This document shows positions 54,432-63,866 of a DNA stretch of 64,000 bases, piece by piece. Origin of the DNA: Diplonema japonicum. Lineage: Eukaryota > Protista > Euglenozoa: Diplonemea. The position numbers and the translations under genes are program-made. Each line of letters starts with the position of its first letter. Position 1 is the first letter of the stretch. The stretch covers positions 434,001-498,000 of the forward strand of contig OZ025711.1 in assembly GCA_964019335.1 (NCBI GenBank), read 5' to 3'. The notes beneath the pieces were generated by a model. The model saw nothing but the letters and a program-made list of their open reading frames with translations, had not been told where the DNA came from and did no database searches.

Positions 54432-56117
54432 TCAGTAATAAAAAAGGTTCAAACACGAGGAACCGAACGAGATGCACTCCAAGTTTCCGGACAACACAAG
54501 AGGGAGGTAAAACTCGGCCGCGTCATTGAGGGAGAATTTGAAAGTATGTCGCTGCAGTGAGACCGGTGAAGACTGCAAGGCTTGGAAGATTTTCAACAGC
54601 CCGTGAAAATGAGCTTGGAGGTGGGCTTTCAACCCACCACGTAGATGCGCCACACAGAGCACTGACAACACATGCAAGATGTTGCCCAGAGATGGAAACA
54701 ACGAGGAGGAAGCAAGCAGCAGTCGCAACAACGATTCGCTTAAAAAAGGAAACAGATCGGAACCCGAACCCACGGACGCCAAGTTCGCAAGAATGCCTGA
54801 CAGGGCCAAGGGCAGCTTAGGGTCAACCTTGACAGGATCCGTTTGACAGACTTCGGACAAGTATGTCTCTACCGCAGTGACAACAGTTTTCGCCGTTCCA
54901 TCACTGCTCAACCTCTTCCGGGAGTCCAACAGCCCCCACAACACACTACAAGCCTCCCCTCGTACTTTATGCGTGCACTCTTGCCTGAGCATGAATTTCG
55001 TTAAGTCTTTGTACCGTTGCTGCTGAGATGTCTCAAGGAGTTTCTTAACGGTGTGCATGCACCCGTACCCCATTTCATGCGTCGTGTCCTTGTGTTTCAC
55101 GAGGGAAAAGGCGAAGTTAATGCACTCCTCCACATCGTGAAAGGTTCGGATCCGGAGGACCGCCTGATTTTCAGGGTTTTTAAAGCAGTGCGCCGGGATT
55201 TTCGCAATGTTTTTCCGACGGGACGACCCGCACCACTGGAACACCCCGCATCCCTCCACACAAAGACACCCTGACTGTAGGATTTGAACGTGTGCAAAAG
55301 CAAACGTTCGGTCTCTCTGCGTCAAGCACACTGTTGTCCATGCCTCATGGTTCTGGGCACCCAGCCCCCAGTTTTTTCCGTGGGCTTCTAAGGGACACAG
55401 ATCGGATTTTTTAGTGTGTTGTAAAAGATTGCACGCAGGGATGGTCCAGCTACCATCGTCTTGCTTCAGAACCGATTGCCTAGGGTGAGGCAACAGCGTC
55501 AAGTCCAGTTCAATGACCAGCTCGGCAGGGGTCTCGTAACCGGTTCGGAACTTCACGTGTTTGTTGGAAGGGGAAGGTTTGTACAACCCGGATGTGATCC
55601 GAGGCTCTCCGGGGCCAAGAATTTTCATGGTGTAAAACGCAACCGGAGGGGTCTTCGTGTTTGCGAAAAAAGAAACAAACCTCCCTGCAATGTGCATCGT
55701 CCAGCAGCAGCCTCCCACAGAGAAGTTCCGAAGCGACCACGTTGCAGACGGTAAGAATCTGAAGACAATAATGGACGAGTATCCATTCCGTGCTTTCTTC
55801 ACCCTGCTCCCCAGCTCCTTTGCATATGTGAAATACGCATGTTTCCAAGTACAGCTGTATTCGTCCCAGCAGAATTTACAGCTCGATTTTTGAAGATCCC
55901 CATTTCCCGTCAAGAGCGGTATCCAAGCCTTGCCCTCCACCTGTAGCCTATAAGGTGGGACAGACCAGTCCGCCTCCCGTTGGAACACTTCCATCCATGT
56001 GTCCCTTTCCCTTAGAACTTCGTTCAAACCCCTGCAAACAAGCTCTACTTGAGTCAGGTCTTTGGAGTTGAGGTAGGTCAGGATATCACCTAAGATGTCC
56101 CTCTCAAGGCCCCTCAT
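54432..56117 (-). CDS. F-box protein with ARM-like C-terminus
   Basis: N-terminal LERDILGDILTYLNSKDLTQVELVCRGL...W F-box; first ATG at 56117 after a CAAAG acceptor-like site. Confidence 0.75.
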   Translation of the reverse strand: MRGLERDILGDILTYLNSKDLTQVELVCRGLNEVLRERDTWMEVFQREADWSVPPYRLQVEGKAWIPLLTGNGDLQKSSCKFCWDEYSCTWKHAYFTYAKELGSRVKKARNGYSSIIVFRFLPSATWSLRNFSVGGCCWTMHIAGRFVSFFANTKTPPVAFYTMKILGPGEPRITSGLYKPSPSNKHVKFRTGYETPAELVIELDLTLLPHPRQSVLKQDDGSWTIPACNLLQHTKKSDLCPLEAHGKNWGLGAQNHEAWTTVCLTQRDRTFAFAHVQILQSGCLCVEGCGVFQWCGSSRRKNIAKIPAHCFKNPENQAVLRIRTFHDVEECINFAFSLVKHKDTTHEMGYGCMHTVKKLLETSQQQRYKDLTKFMLRQECTHKVRGEACSVLWGLLDSRKRLSSDGTAKTVVTAVETYLSEVCQTDPVKVDPKLPLALSGILANLASVGSGSDLFPFLSESLLRLLLASSSLFPSLGNILHVLSVLCVAHLRGGLKAHLQAHFHGLLKIFQALQSSPVSLQRHTFKFSLNDAAEFYLPLVLSGNLECISFGSSCLNLFYY

Positions 56118-56255
56118 ATGACCCTCCTCCCTCTCCCACACCTTTGAGTTTTTTTTTTGCTTAGGGTTTCATAGGAAAAGAAGAAGAAAAATATAAGAAA
56201 ACACAATCTAACTTTTGGGTTTTTTTTTTTTTTTTTTTTTTTGTTTTTGCTCATT

Positions 56256-56741
56256 CTACATCATTCTATATTTTTCTACGAGTGAGTCTATTGCCTCGAG
56301 GGGCACGCTTTGCAGCAACCTGTCTTCAACCTGCAGCCTTGCTTGCCGTTCGCATGTGAAGACCTCAGATTGTCTGTCGACCCTGTTCCTCAAGACTTGT
56401 AAGTGGGCAAGGGCTTCTTTAAGCTCTGTGTCCAACCCTGCCCCTTGCCCGAGTTCGGTGTAGTGGATTTGTATGACGTTCGTGGTGTCTCGGTTCAAAC
56501 CGAGATCCCCTGCAGTCCTTCCTTCATCTATCCTCTTGCCGTTGTGGTACAGCACAGCTGGGTTCGAAAAGAACTCTTTGACCTTTTCCCTCAGCTTGCC
56601 CACTCGTGTGTCGCCGTGTAGCCGAACGTACACAGGAGCCTTCGGAGGCTCCCCACCCACTCCTGGCGCCACCACACAGTAGCTGTAGCTGCCTGTGCTC
56701 CTTCCGCTTGGTCTGCTGTTTGACCTTGACCGTGTTCTCAT
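56256..56741 (-). CDS. Ubiquitin-like domain + coiled-coil protein
   Basis: TRVGKLREKV...LYHNGKRIDEGRTAGDLGL...VIQI is a ubiquitin-fold pattern. Confidence 0.65.
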   Translation of the reverse strand: MRTRSRSNSRPSGRSTGSYSYCVVAPGVGGEPPKAPVYVRLHGDTRVGKLREKVKEFFSNPAVLYHNGKRIDEGRTAGDLGLNRDTTNVIQIHYTELGQGAGLDTELKEALAHLQVLRNRVDRQSEVFTCERQARLQVEDRLLQSVPLEAIDSLVEKYRMM

Positions 56742-56902
56742 CTTCGTGTAAAGCTTCTACCTTTTCTTGTTGCAGAAATGAAAGAATGGAACAAGAAAGA
56801 AAAAGTACTGAAGAGGAGGGGGGGGACAGTTTGTCATGCATCACCACCTCATCTTGCTCTCCGGTCCGGTCGCAAAGAAATCTTTTTTGTTTTTTTGAAT
56901 AG

Positions 56903-57128
56903 AATAAGCAGAAGCCGCCCTGTTCCCTGCCCCACCCTCAGTTGAGAGATCAACCGCTGAGCAAAGACCAGAAAAGAACGATTGCAGCGAAAAGTGTCAG
57001 TGCATTTTCCTTTGCTGCGGGTCCTTTGTAGCATCTGGTTTTGAGGTAGCTCAGGGTGTCACATTGCAGGGGCGAAGGGAGGGGGCTCTGCCGCTAAAAG
57101 ACACCCAAAAGGACAAATGGAGAGGTGG
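56903..57128 (-). promoter_or_regulatory. Conserved 3'-UTR structure, candidate SECIS of GILT copy A
   Basis: Near-identical to 58261-58487. Minus-strand GUGAC (57062-57058) and UGAU (56952-56949) close the stem ACC-CUGAGC / GCUCAG-C-GGU; AAA precedes an ACCAGA/UCUGGU stem. Confidence 0.72.
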
Positions 57129-57364
57129 TGTGATGAAAGAAGGGGAAGAAAAGAAAAACAAAAAAAATACGTGGTAACGAAACCCACGCACGCACGGAAA
57201 GGAATTGAGAATAGTTTTCTCTCTCTTTCGAAAAAAAAAAAAAAAAAACGCAATTATTTTTTAGAGACGATCTCTTTATTCTTTTTTTTCTTTTTAATTT
57301 CTCCGTCGAACGTTAGTATAAACATTTAACATTAATAACACACACACTTCCCCCCCCTTTTTTT

Positions 57365-58033
57365 TTACTTACAGCAAGGGGGCTTGAGCCCAGTCCATGC
57401 AGCACAGACAGTTGGGAGGAGCTTGTACGTCTGCAAAAGAACCTGCCCGTTAACTGTAAGGTAAGGGACAAAGGTCCTGTTCACGACGTCAGCCGTCTGT
57501 TTTGCAGCGGCACTGAGGAGGTGCTTCCCGACGGGGCCGTTCATGCAGGTGTTAATAGTGTTCAGGCTGAGCCCCAGGGAGCTGCCACAAAGGTCGAGAG
57601 AGCTCTTGGAGACACCATTCAGCGCCTCGAAGCAGTACACGAACGGCATGTACTTCTGCGGGTTGTTGTTCGTCACGTTCTTCACGCACACTTCAGCCAG
57701 GTTCCCGAAGCACTCCGTGTCGCCGTGCTGGCACACGATCGTCCCTGTGAAGCAGTCCGAGGGCGGCGATGTTGCGTTATACCCACATGTCTGTTCCCAG
57801 CACTCGAACCCTGGACGGTTGCTGCACTCACTTATCTCATAGTACGCGTTCCCGAAGGGGATGTAGTCGAAGTCCATGATGTCCATGATCCCCTGCGCCG
57901 TGAGGGTCTGGTTCACACCTTGCATCACAGCGTCTTGGCATGCGGGTCACATGGACTCGCCGTAGAACTTCACGTCCACCTTCTGCTGCGCCACCGCAGC
58001 CGACACAAGAGCCATCATGATAAGTTTTTGCAT
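57365..58033 (-). CDS. GILT-family thiol reductase, probable selenoprotein (UxxC), copy A, 222 aa
   Basis: Signal peptide MQKLIMMALVSAAVA, then VKFYGESM-[TGA 57949-57947]-PAC, continuing in frame to PFGNA, CQHGDTECFGNLAEVC and FVPYLTVNG; ends in TAA. Confidence 0.9.
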
Positions 58034-58260
58034 GTTGTCTTCAACAGTGAATCTATTGGGGGTGGAGGGGTTTTTTTTTTTTCTCTTTTTTTTTTTTTTT
58101 TGCATTTCGCTTCCAAAAAGTAAATATAACGTGTGGAGAGAGACTGAAAGTAAAAAAAAGGCCCGCTCGCCCCACCCACGCACTGTCTCATCTGCCGTGT
58201 GCAAGGATCCTGCTCCCACCGTCGCAAAAAGGTGCTATTTTTTTTTTTTTTTTTTTTTGT

Positions 58261-58487
58261 AATAAGCAGAAGCCGCCCTGTCCCCTGCCCCACCCTCAGT
58301 TGAGGGATCAACCGCTGAGCAAAGACCAGAAAAGAACGATTGCAGCGAAAAGCGTCAGTGCACTTTCCTTTGCTGCGGGTCCTTTGTAGCATCTGGTTTT
58401 GAGGTAGCTCAGGGTGTCACATTGCAGGGGCGAAGGGAGAGGGGGGCTCTGCTACAAGGTCACCCAAAAGGACAAATGGGGAGGTGG
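58261..58487 (-). promoter_or_regulatory. Conserved 3'-UTR structure, candidate SECIS of GILT copy B
   Basis: Same element as 56903-57128; GUGAC at 58420-58416, UGAU at 58310-58307. Confidence 0.72.
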
Positions 58488-58716
58488 AACCAAACCACAG
58501 CAGAGAGATGGTGTGTGGTGTGCGGGAGATTGTGAAAGAGCCTGTTGTCAAGAGTAGAAAAGAAAAGAAAAAGAAAAAGAAGAAAGGTAAAGTAAAGCGT
58601 TACGCTGTTCCGCCCAGAGGCGGCACTTCACATAATCTGCACACACACGCTGGTTGTTTTTTTTTTTTTTTTTTTTTTGGGTTCTCGTCGTTAAGGAAGA
58701 AGCACTCCTACTATTA

Positions 58717-59385
58717 CTACTTGCATCCAGGGGGCTTCGTGCCAGTCCACTCATCGCAGACAGTCTTGAGGAGGTCGTTGGTGTTCTGGAGGAGCTTCCC
58801 GTTGACGGCGATGTAGGGGACGAAGTTCCTGCCGCTGACGTCGGCGGTCTGCTTCCCAGCGACGCCGATGAGGTGCTTCCCAACAGGGCCGGTCATGCAG
58901 GTGTTGATGGTGTTCAGGTTGAACCCGAACACACCCGCGCACTTCGCGAGCATCACCTTCCCTGCGTCACCGTCCGCCTCGAAGCAGTACACGAACGGCA
59001 TGTACTTCTGCGGGTTGTTGTTCGTCACGTTCTTCACGCACACTTCAGCCAGGTTCCCGAAGCACTCCGTGTCGCCGTGCTGGCACACGATCGTCCCTGT
59101 GAAGCAGTCCGAGGGCGGCGATGTTGCGGCGTACCCACAGGCCTTCTCCCAGCACTCGAACCCCTGCCTCCCTTCGCACTCCTTGATCTGGTAGTACGCG
59201 TTCCCGAAGGGGATGAAGTCGAAGTCCATGATGTCCCAGATCCCCTGCGCCGTGAGGGTCTGGTTAACAGGACCCTTCACGGTTGCATCACATCCGGGTC
59301 ACAGAGCCTCGCCGTAGAACTTCACGTCCACCTTCTGCTGCGCCACCGCAGCCGACACAAGAGCCATCATGACAAGCTTCTGCAT
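58717..59385 (-). CDS. GILT-family thiol reductase, probable selenoprotein (UxxC), copy B, 222 aa
   Basis: MQKLVMMALVSAAVA...VKFYGEAL-[TGA 59301-59299]-PGC, in frame with ORF 58717..59280 (PFGNA, CQHGDTEC, FVPYIAVNG); ends TAG TAA TAG TAG. Confidence 0.9.
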
Positions 59386-59517
59386 TTTGTTTTTGTTTTT
59401 TTGTTTTTTTTGTATGTCTTTTGTTCACTTTTTATTCCGTTCCCCCGCTCACCAAGTTTTTTATAAAAAAAAAAAAAAAAAAAATAGGAAAATAATACAA
59501 GTACAACTATACAAACG

Positions 59518-62109
59518 TCATGTGGACAAAACACGTTCCCTGCGGAGGCGTAGCTCCCTCTCCACTAGGGTCTCGGGTGTGCCCGTTACTTGTTGCAGGG
59601 TGAGGGCGTAGAAGTCAGCGTCGGGGCTGGGATACGCACTAGTGACAGATTGCTTCGCCGCCTGTACTCGGGCAGCTTGGGCTTGGTGAAGGGATTCGGG
59701 CCGGGGACGATGCGGAGTCCGAGGCGTTCGAGGGGGTGACGGAGAAGCCAGTCTTGTAGGGTAAGTCTTCATGGGTGAGCGCCTCGTAGGCTTGGGCGGG
59801 GTATGGTATAAATCCTCACTCTCCGTTTTCGAAACTTTCCGCTTTTCATACAAAAATCGCAGCTCGGCAGTAGACTTTGAGAAATGACCCTGCTGGTCGG
59901 TGTTCTTAGACCGACGGGGTTGAACAGTGGTGTTTCTATTCTTCTTGGCACGTTCCCTCTCCTTCTTCTTCTCTTGCGAACGAACCTCACGAAGCTTTGC
60001 AGCCATTGAGTACTTGTTGGTGTGCATCTGTTCGTAAACAGTGTACCCGGCCATCAGGCGGTCACGGTCTTCACATGTTGCGCATATTTTTTCGCTTAAA
60101 AACGCAATCCATCTTCTGAATGCGATTTTCAAGTGTTCTTCAGACGATCTTGTGGTGAGGATGCGTTCGCTTTCCTGTTGTCTGGCGGTGATGCATTCGT
60201 CGGTTTCAATAAGTTTTAAATCGCCTCGTATGCTGTCCTGCTCCTCCATGGTGCGCCACCTCGCACACCTCTCCAAGTGGTTCAGCTCCGGGTCGATGTT
60301 TTCTTCCAAGTCCGACACGATTCTCTCCGCAAAAGGATTGAGCTCAGGGCATTCATCCCCGAAGCTTTCCTGTAGGACCTTTACAAGCTCGGGTTCCCTT
60401 CCTTCCCATTCCTCCAGTACCGCTGGTATGTTGCAGTATTCGTAAGGTTTGTGTTGCATGTAGTAGTACTTGATGAGCCGCACCTCTTCCGAATCTTGTT
60501 TTGGTTTTTTGGAAGGGTCGGCGGGTTCTTCCCCGTACTTCTTGACGAGTGCCTCGAAGAGTTCTTCTTCGTGTCCTTCGTATTTCTTCAGAGTTTCCCC
60601 AGCGGATGGAATCTTGTCCTTGTTGTACTTCTCGTAGAATCGTACAAGCCGTTCTTTGAACGGGTTCGCCTCCTTGAATTTATGCGGTTCCTCACCGCCG
60701 TACTGTTCCAGAAGGGTTTTGACGAATGCTTCTTCCGCACCATGGTGGTCCTTCAGGTTTTTTTCAACGTTCCCAAGCTGCACCGCGTCATGCATGCAGT
60801 ACAGGTTCACAACACGATGCCTGTAGTTGTTTCTGTTCGGCTGTACGTCCAGCGCGTCCGGGCCGTACTTTTCCTTCAAGGCGCTGTACAGATCTGTTTC
60901 CTTTCCCTTGTACTTATTCAGCAGGCTTGGGACACTGTCCATCTTATTAGGGTTGTATTGATAATACATTCTGTGGATCTTGCCCGCGGTGGTGATTTTT
61001 GAAGGGCGTTCCTCTTCCTGTGTGGGTTCGGGGCCGTATTTTGATTCGAGGAGGGACAGCAATGCTTGTTCTCTGCCGGCATATTCAATGAGCTTCTTGT
61101 TGATCACATCGCGTTTCAGGCCTGTTTTGTGGTGGTCCGTCAAGCGGAGTACGCGTTCGGTCCAGTAAGGTTCGGGTCCGTACTTTGCGACGATTTGTTT
61201 CCACAGTTCGGGTTCGTTTCCACGGTATTTTTCGACGAGGTTTTTCGCGTTGCCTGCTTTTTGCGGATCATAGATTGTGTAGTAGTCTCGAATCCGTTTC
61301 TCCCAGTCCTTCTCGGGAGGCTTTTCACCAAGCACTTTGACTTGCTTTGTGTTTTCCGGTTCCGGCCCGTACCTCGCGACCATTGCCTCCATCAGAACAG
61401 GTTCCTGCCCTTTATATTTCTCGAGGAGTGCATCTTCCTTCCCGAGCTTTTCAGGGCAATACGCTTTATAGAATGCTGTGAGACGTTCTTTGAAGGTGAG
61501 CGTGGGAGCTTCCGTTGCAGAACCGTATTTTTTCTGAATCGCGGCGATGAGATCTTTCCCGGGAACTGATTTAAACTTTGCTAGCAGAATGGCATCGATA
61601 TCCACTGATTTGGATGCTGGGTTGGTCGATGATGTGATTACTTGAAACAGTGCTTCGCGTATTTTGAAAAAATTCGTTTCGTATTTTCTGTGCAGGCTTG
61701 CGTGGAGGTCGGGCAACCGTGCAGCGTGGTCCTTGGCGAGCTGTTCTGCTTTTCCCACGTTTTGTGGATTGAAAATTTTGAAGAAAACCTCTAAACCCGA
61801 CTTAGCGCCGTTCTGCTGGCCGGCGCCGTACTTCCTTTGCAGTATTGTGACCAGCTCCATCTCCTTTTTCGCGTATTTTTCCAGCAGAGCGTCTATGTTG
61901 CGGGCTTTGTCAGGATCGTGTTTTTTCAAGATGTCCAGAGCCTTCTCGTGCGCCTTGAAGAACTCTGTGTTATATTTTTTCTCGAGACCTTGTTTCATCG
62001 AATCCTCCTTCCCATTGTATTTTTCAAGAAGAGCCTGCGACGCGCTAACTTTCTGAGGGTCGTACACACGGAAAAACGCTTCTAGTAGGCTGGCCATTGT
62101 GTTCGGCAT
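59518..62109 (-). CDS. Uncharacterised protein with about 11 tandem ~40-45 aa helical repeats
   Basis: Consensus RLxxFYxxYxPxK...LLEKYxGxExxLxxxLxxKYGPEP repeated over the first ~590 aa; basic, Pro-rich C-terminus. Confidence 0.85.
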   Translation of the reverse strand: MPNTMASLLEAFFRVYDPQKVSASQALLEKYNGKEDSMKQGLEKKYNTEFFKAHEKALDILKKHDPDKARNIDALLEKYAKKEMELVTILQRKYGAGQQNGAKSGLEVFFKIFNPQNVGKAEQLAKDHAARLPDLHASLHRKYETNFFKIREALFQVITSSTNPASKSVDIDAILLAKFKSVPGKDLIAAIQKKYGSATEAPTLTFKERLTAFYKAYCPEKLGKEDALLEKYKGQEPVLMEAMVARYGPEPENTKQVKVLGEKPPEKDWEKRIRDYYTIYDPQKAGNAKNLVEKYRGNEPELWKQIVAKYGPEPYWTERVLRLTDHHKTGLKRDVINKKLIEYAGREQALLSLLESKYGPEPTQEEERPSKITTAGKIHRMYYQYNPNKMDSVPSLLNKYKGKETDLYSALKEKYGPDALDVQPNRNNYRHRVVNLYCMHDAVQLGNVEKNLKDHHGAEEAFVKTLLEQYGGEEPHKFKEANPFKERLVRFYEKYNKDKIPSAGETLKKYEGHEEELFEALVKKYGEEPADPSKKPKQDSEEVRLIKYYYMQHKPYEYCNIPAVLEEWEGREPELVKVLQESFGDECPELNPFAERIVSDLEENIDPELNHLERCARWRTMEEQDSIRGDLKLIETDECITARQQESERILTTRSSEEHLKIAFRRWIAFLSEKICATCEDRDRLMAGYTVYEQMHTNKYSMAAKLREVRSQEKKKERERAKKNRNTTVQPRRSKNTDQQGHFSKSTAELRFLYEKRKVSKTESEDLYHTPPKPTRRSPMKTYPTRLASPSPPRTPRTPHRPRPESLHQAQAARVQAAKQSVTSAYPSPDADFYALTLQQVTGTPETLVERELRLRRERVLST

Positions 62110-63831
62110 TTTTTTTTTTTTTTTTCTCTAAAAGTTTGTTTTCATTTGAGGATTTCTTTTTCTTTATCCTTCCCCCACCCCCTTTTTTTTGTTAATACTG
62201 CGTTTTCCTCTCGAAGTGAATTTAAAAAAAAAAAAAAAAAAAAAAAGGAAAAAGAAAAGGAATATAATTTGGGGAAAGGTGAGGGTGGGGGGGGTATTTT
62301 TTTTTCTTCCTCTCTTTTTTTTTGCTGGGGATTGGTGGTAGTACTGAATGGAATGGAGAAAAAAAGGGGGGGGGGGAAAGCAAGATAAACCAACAGAACA
62401 CGGGGCAACTTAAAGTTTTAACTTTTACATCAGCGCGTAAAGGTAAACTTAAAGAAACCCTGTCCTGTTGCTGTCTCAAAAAACAGAAAAAACGAAAAGA
62501 AAGGAAAGAGAGAAAAAAAAAAAAAAAAAAAAAAAAGAAAAAAAAAACAATCTTTTGAGCACTGATACAGAGATAACGGAAGGAAAAAAAGAAAAAAGAA
62601 AAGAAAAACCTCTTTCTATTTTTTTTTTTTTTTTTTTTTCAAATCCACTTCCTCCCCTCCTTCTATTTTTTTTCTTAAGAAAACAGAGGACAGGAAAAAG
62701 GTGAAAAATAAGGGGGAAGAAGGGGCGAAAAAATAGGAAAAGTGTGAGAGAGGGAGAAAGAGAAGAGAGAGAGAGAGAGAGCATTTTTTTTTTAAACCCA
62801 AATGTATGCATTTTCCCCCCTTGCTACTCCCCCCCTCCCTTACTCTCTTCACCTAAAACCGAAAAGAGAGAAAAATATATATAACCCCACCCCACCCCCA
62901 ACAAAAAAATAAAGGAAAAAACATATAGAAAAAAAAAAAGAGGTTTTTTCGTGTAAAAAAAAAAAAAAAAAAATGAAAAGGCCGAAATCAGGGGGAGAGA
63001 GGTGGCGAAGCAGAAAAAAAGAAGAAGAAAAAAAGCAAACCAAAAGAAGAAGAAAAAATCCAAAGAAGCCTTTTCTATTTATCGTTGCAGCAACCCTGGG
63101 GTGGGGAGGGGGGGGTAGGGTGGCTCTGCTATTGAGTATGCTGCCTTAAGAACCAACAGCGTTGTGTGACGAGAACGGAAAGAGGAAGGGAAAAAAAAAA
63201 AAAAAGTTGGTACCGCAGAGAAGTGGGGAAAAGAGAGGGGATAGAGAGGTAAAAAGGAAAAGAGAAAAAAAAAAAAGAAAAAAAAAAACAAATACAGTAC
63301 ATTTTCGCCTACACACTGCTTGCATATTACTAGCATATTACACCCCCCTCTTTTTTTCCGTCTTATATTCTTGGTATTTACAAATCAGCCAAGGCAAAAG
63401 GACTATGGGAGTTATCCGATGGGGGTCATCCCCCCCTTTTTTTTTCTTCCCAGAAGAATCTCCCAAGTGATGCGCGCAAAGAAAAAAAAAGGCACAGGTG
63501 GGTTATAGTAATAAATATGTAAATAATAATAATAATAATAAAAAGTTGGCGAGTTGGTTTTTTTTTCATTTACAATTTTTTTTTTTTTTTTTTTTTTTTT
63601 TTAATGGTATGTTTCCTTGTCAAGCTATACAAAAAAAAAGAGGAAAAAAAAAGTAAAAAAAGAAAACAGTAAGTAGCGGCCCAAAGCGCAATGCTTTTTT
63701 TTTTTTTTTTTTTGCCTCCCAATGGTCACTATTTTTGTCCAGGCTTTTTTGACCTGCTGCGACCCAATGGGGAAAAAAAAGGGGGCATCGGGGGGAGAAA
63801 ATAAAATACGGAAAAAAAAAAAAAAAAAAGG

Positions 63832-63866
<35 letters not shown>

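Noticed and set aside
57365-59385. GILT copies as nonsense pseudogenes
   Set aside because: The same TGA sits at the catalytic position in two diverged copies, there are no other lesions, and both have a conserved SECIS-like 3' element.
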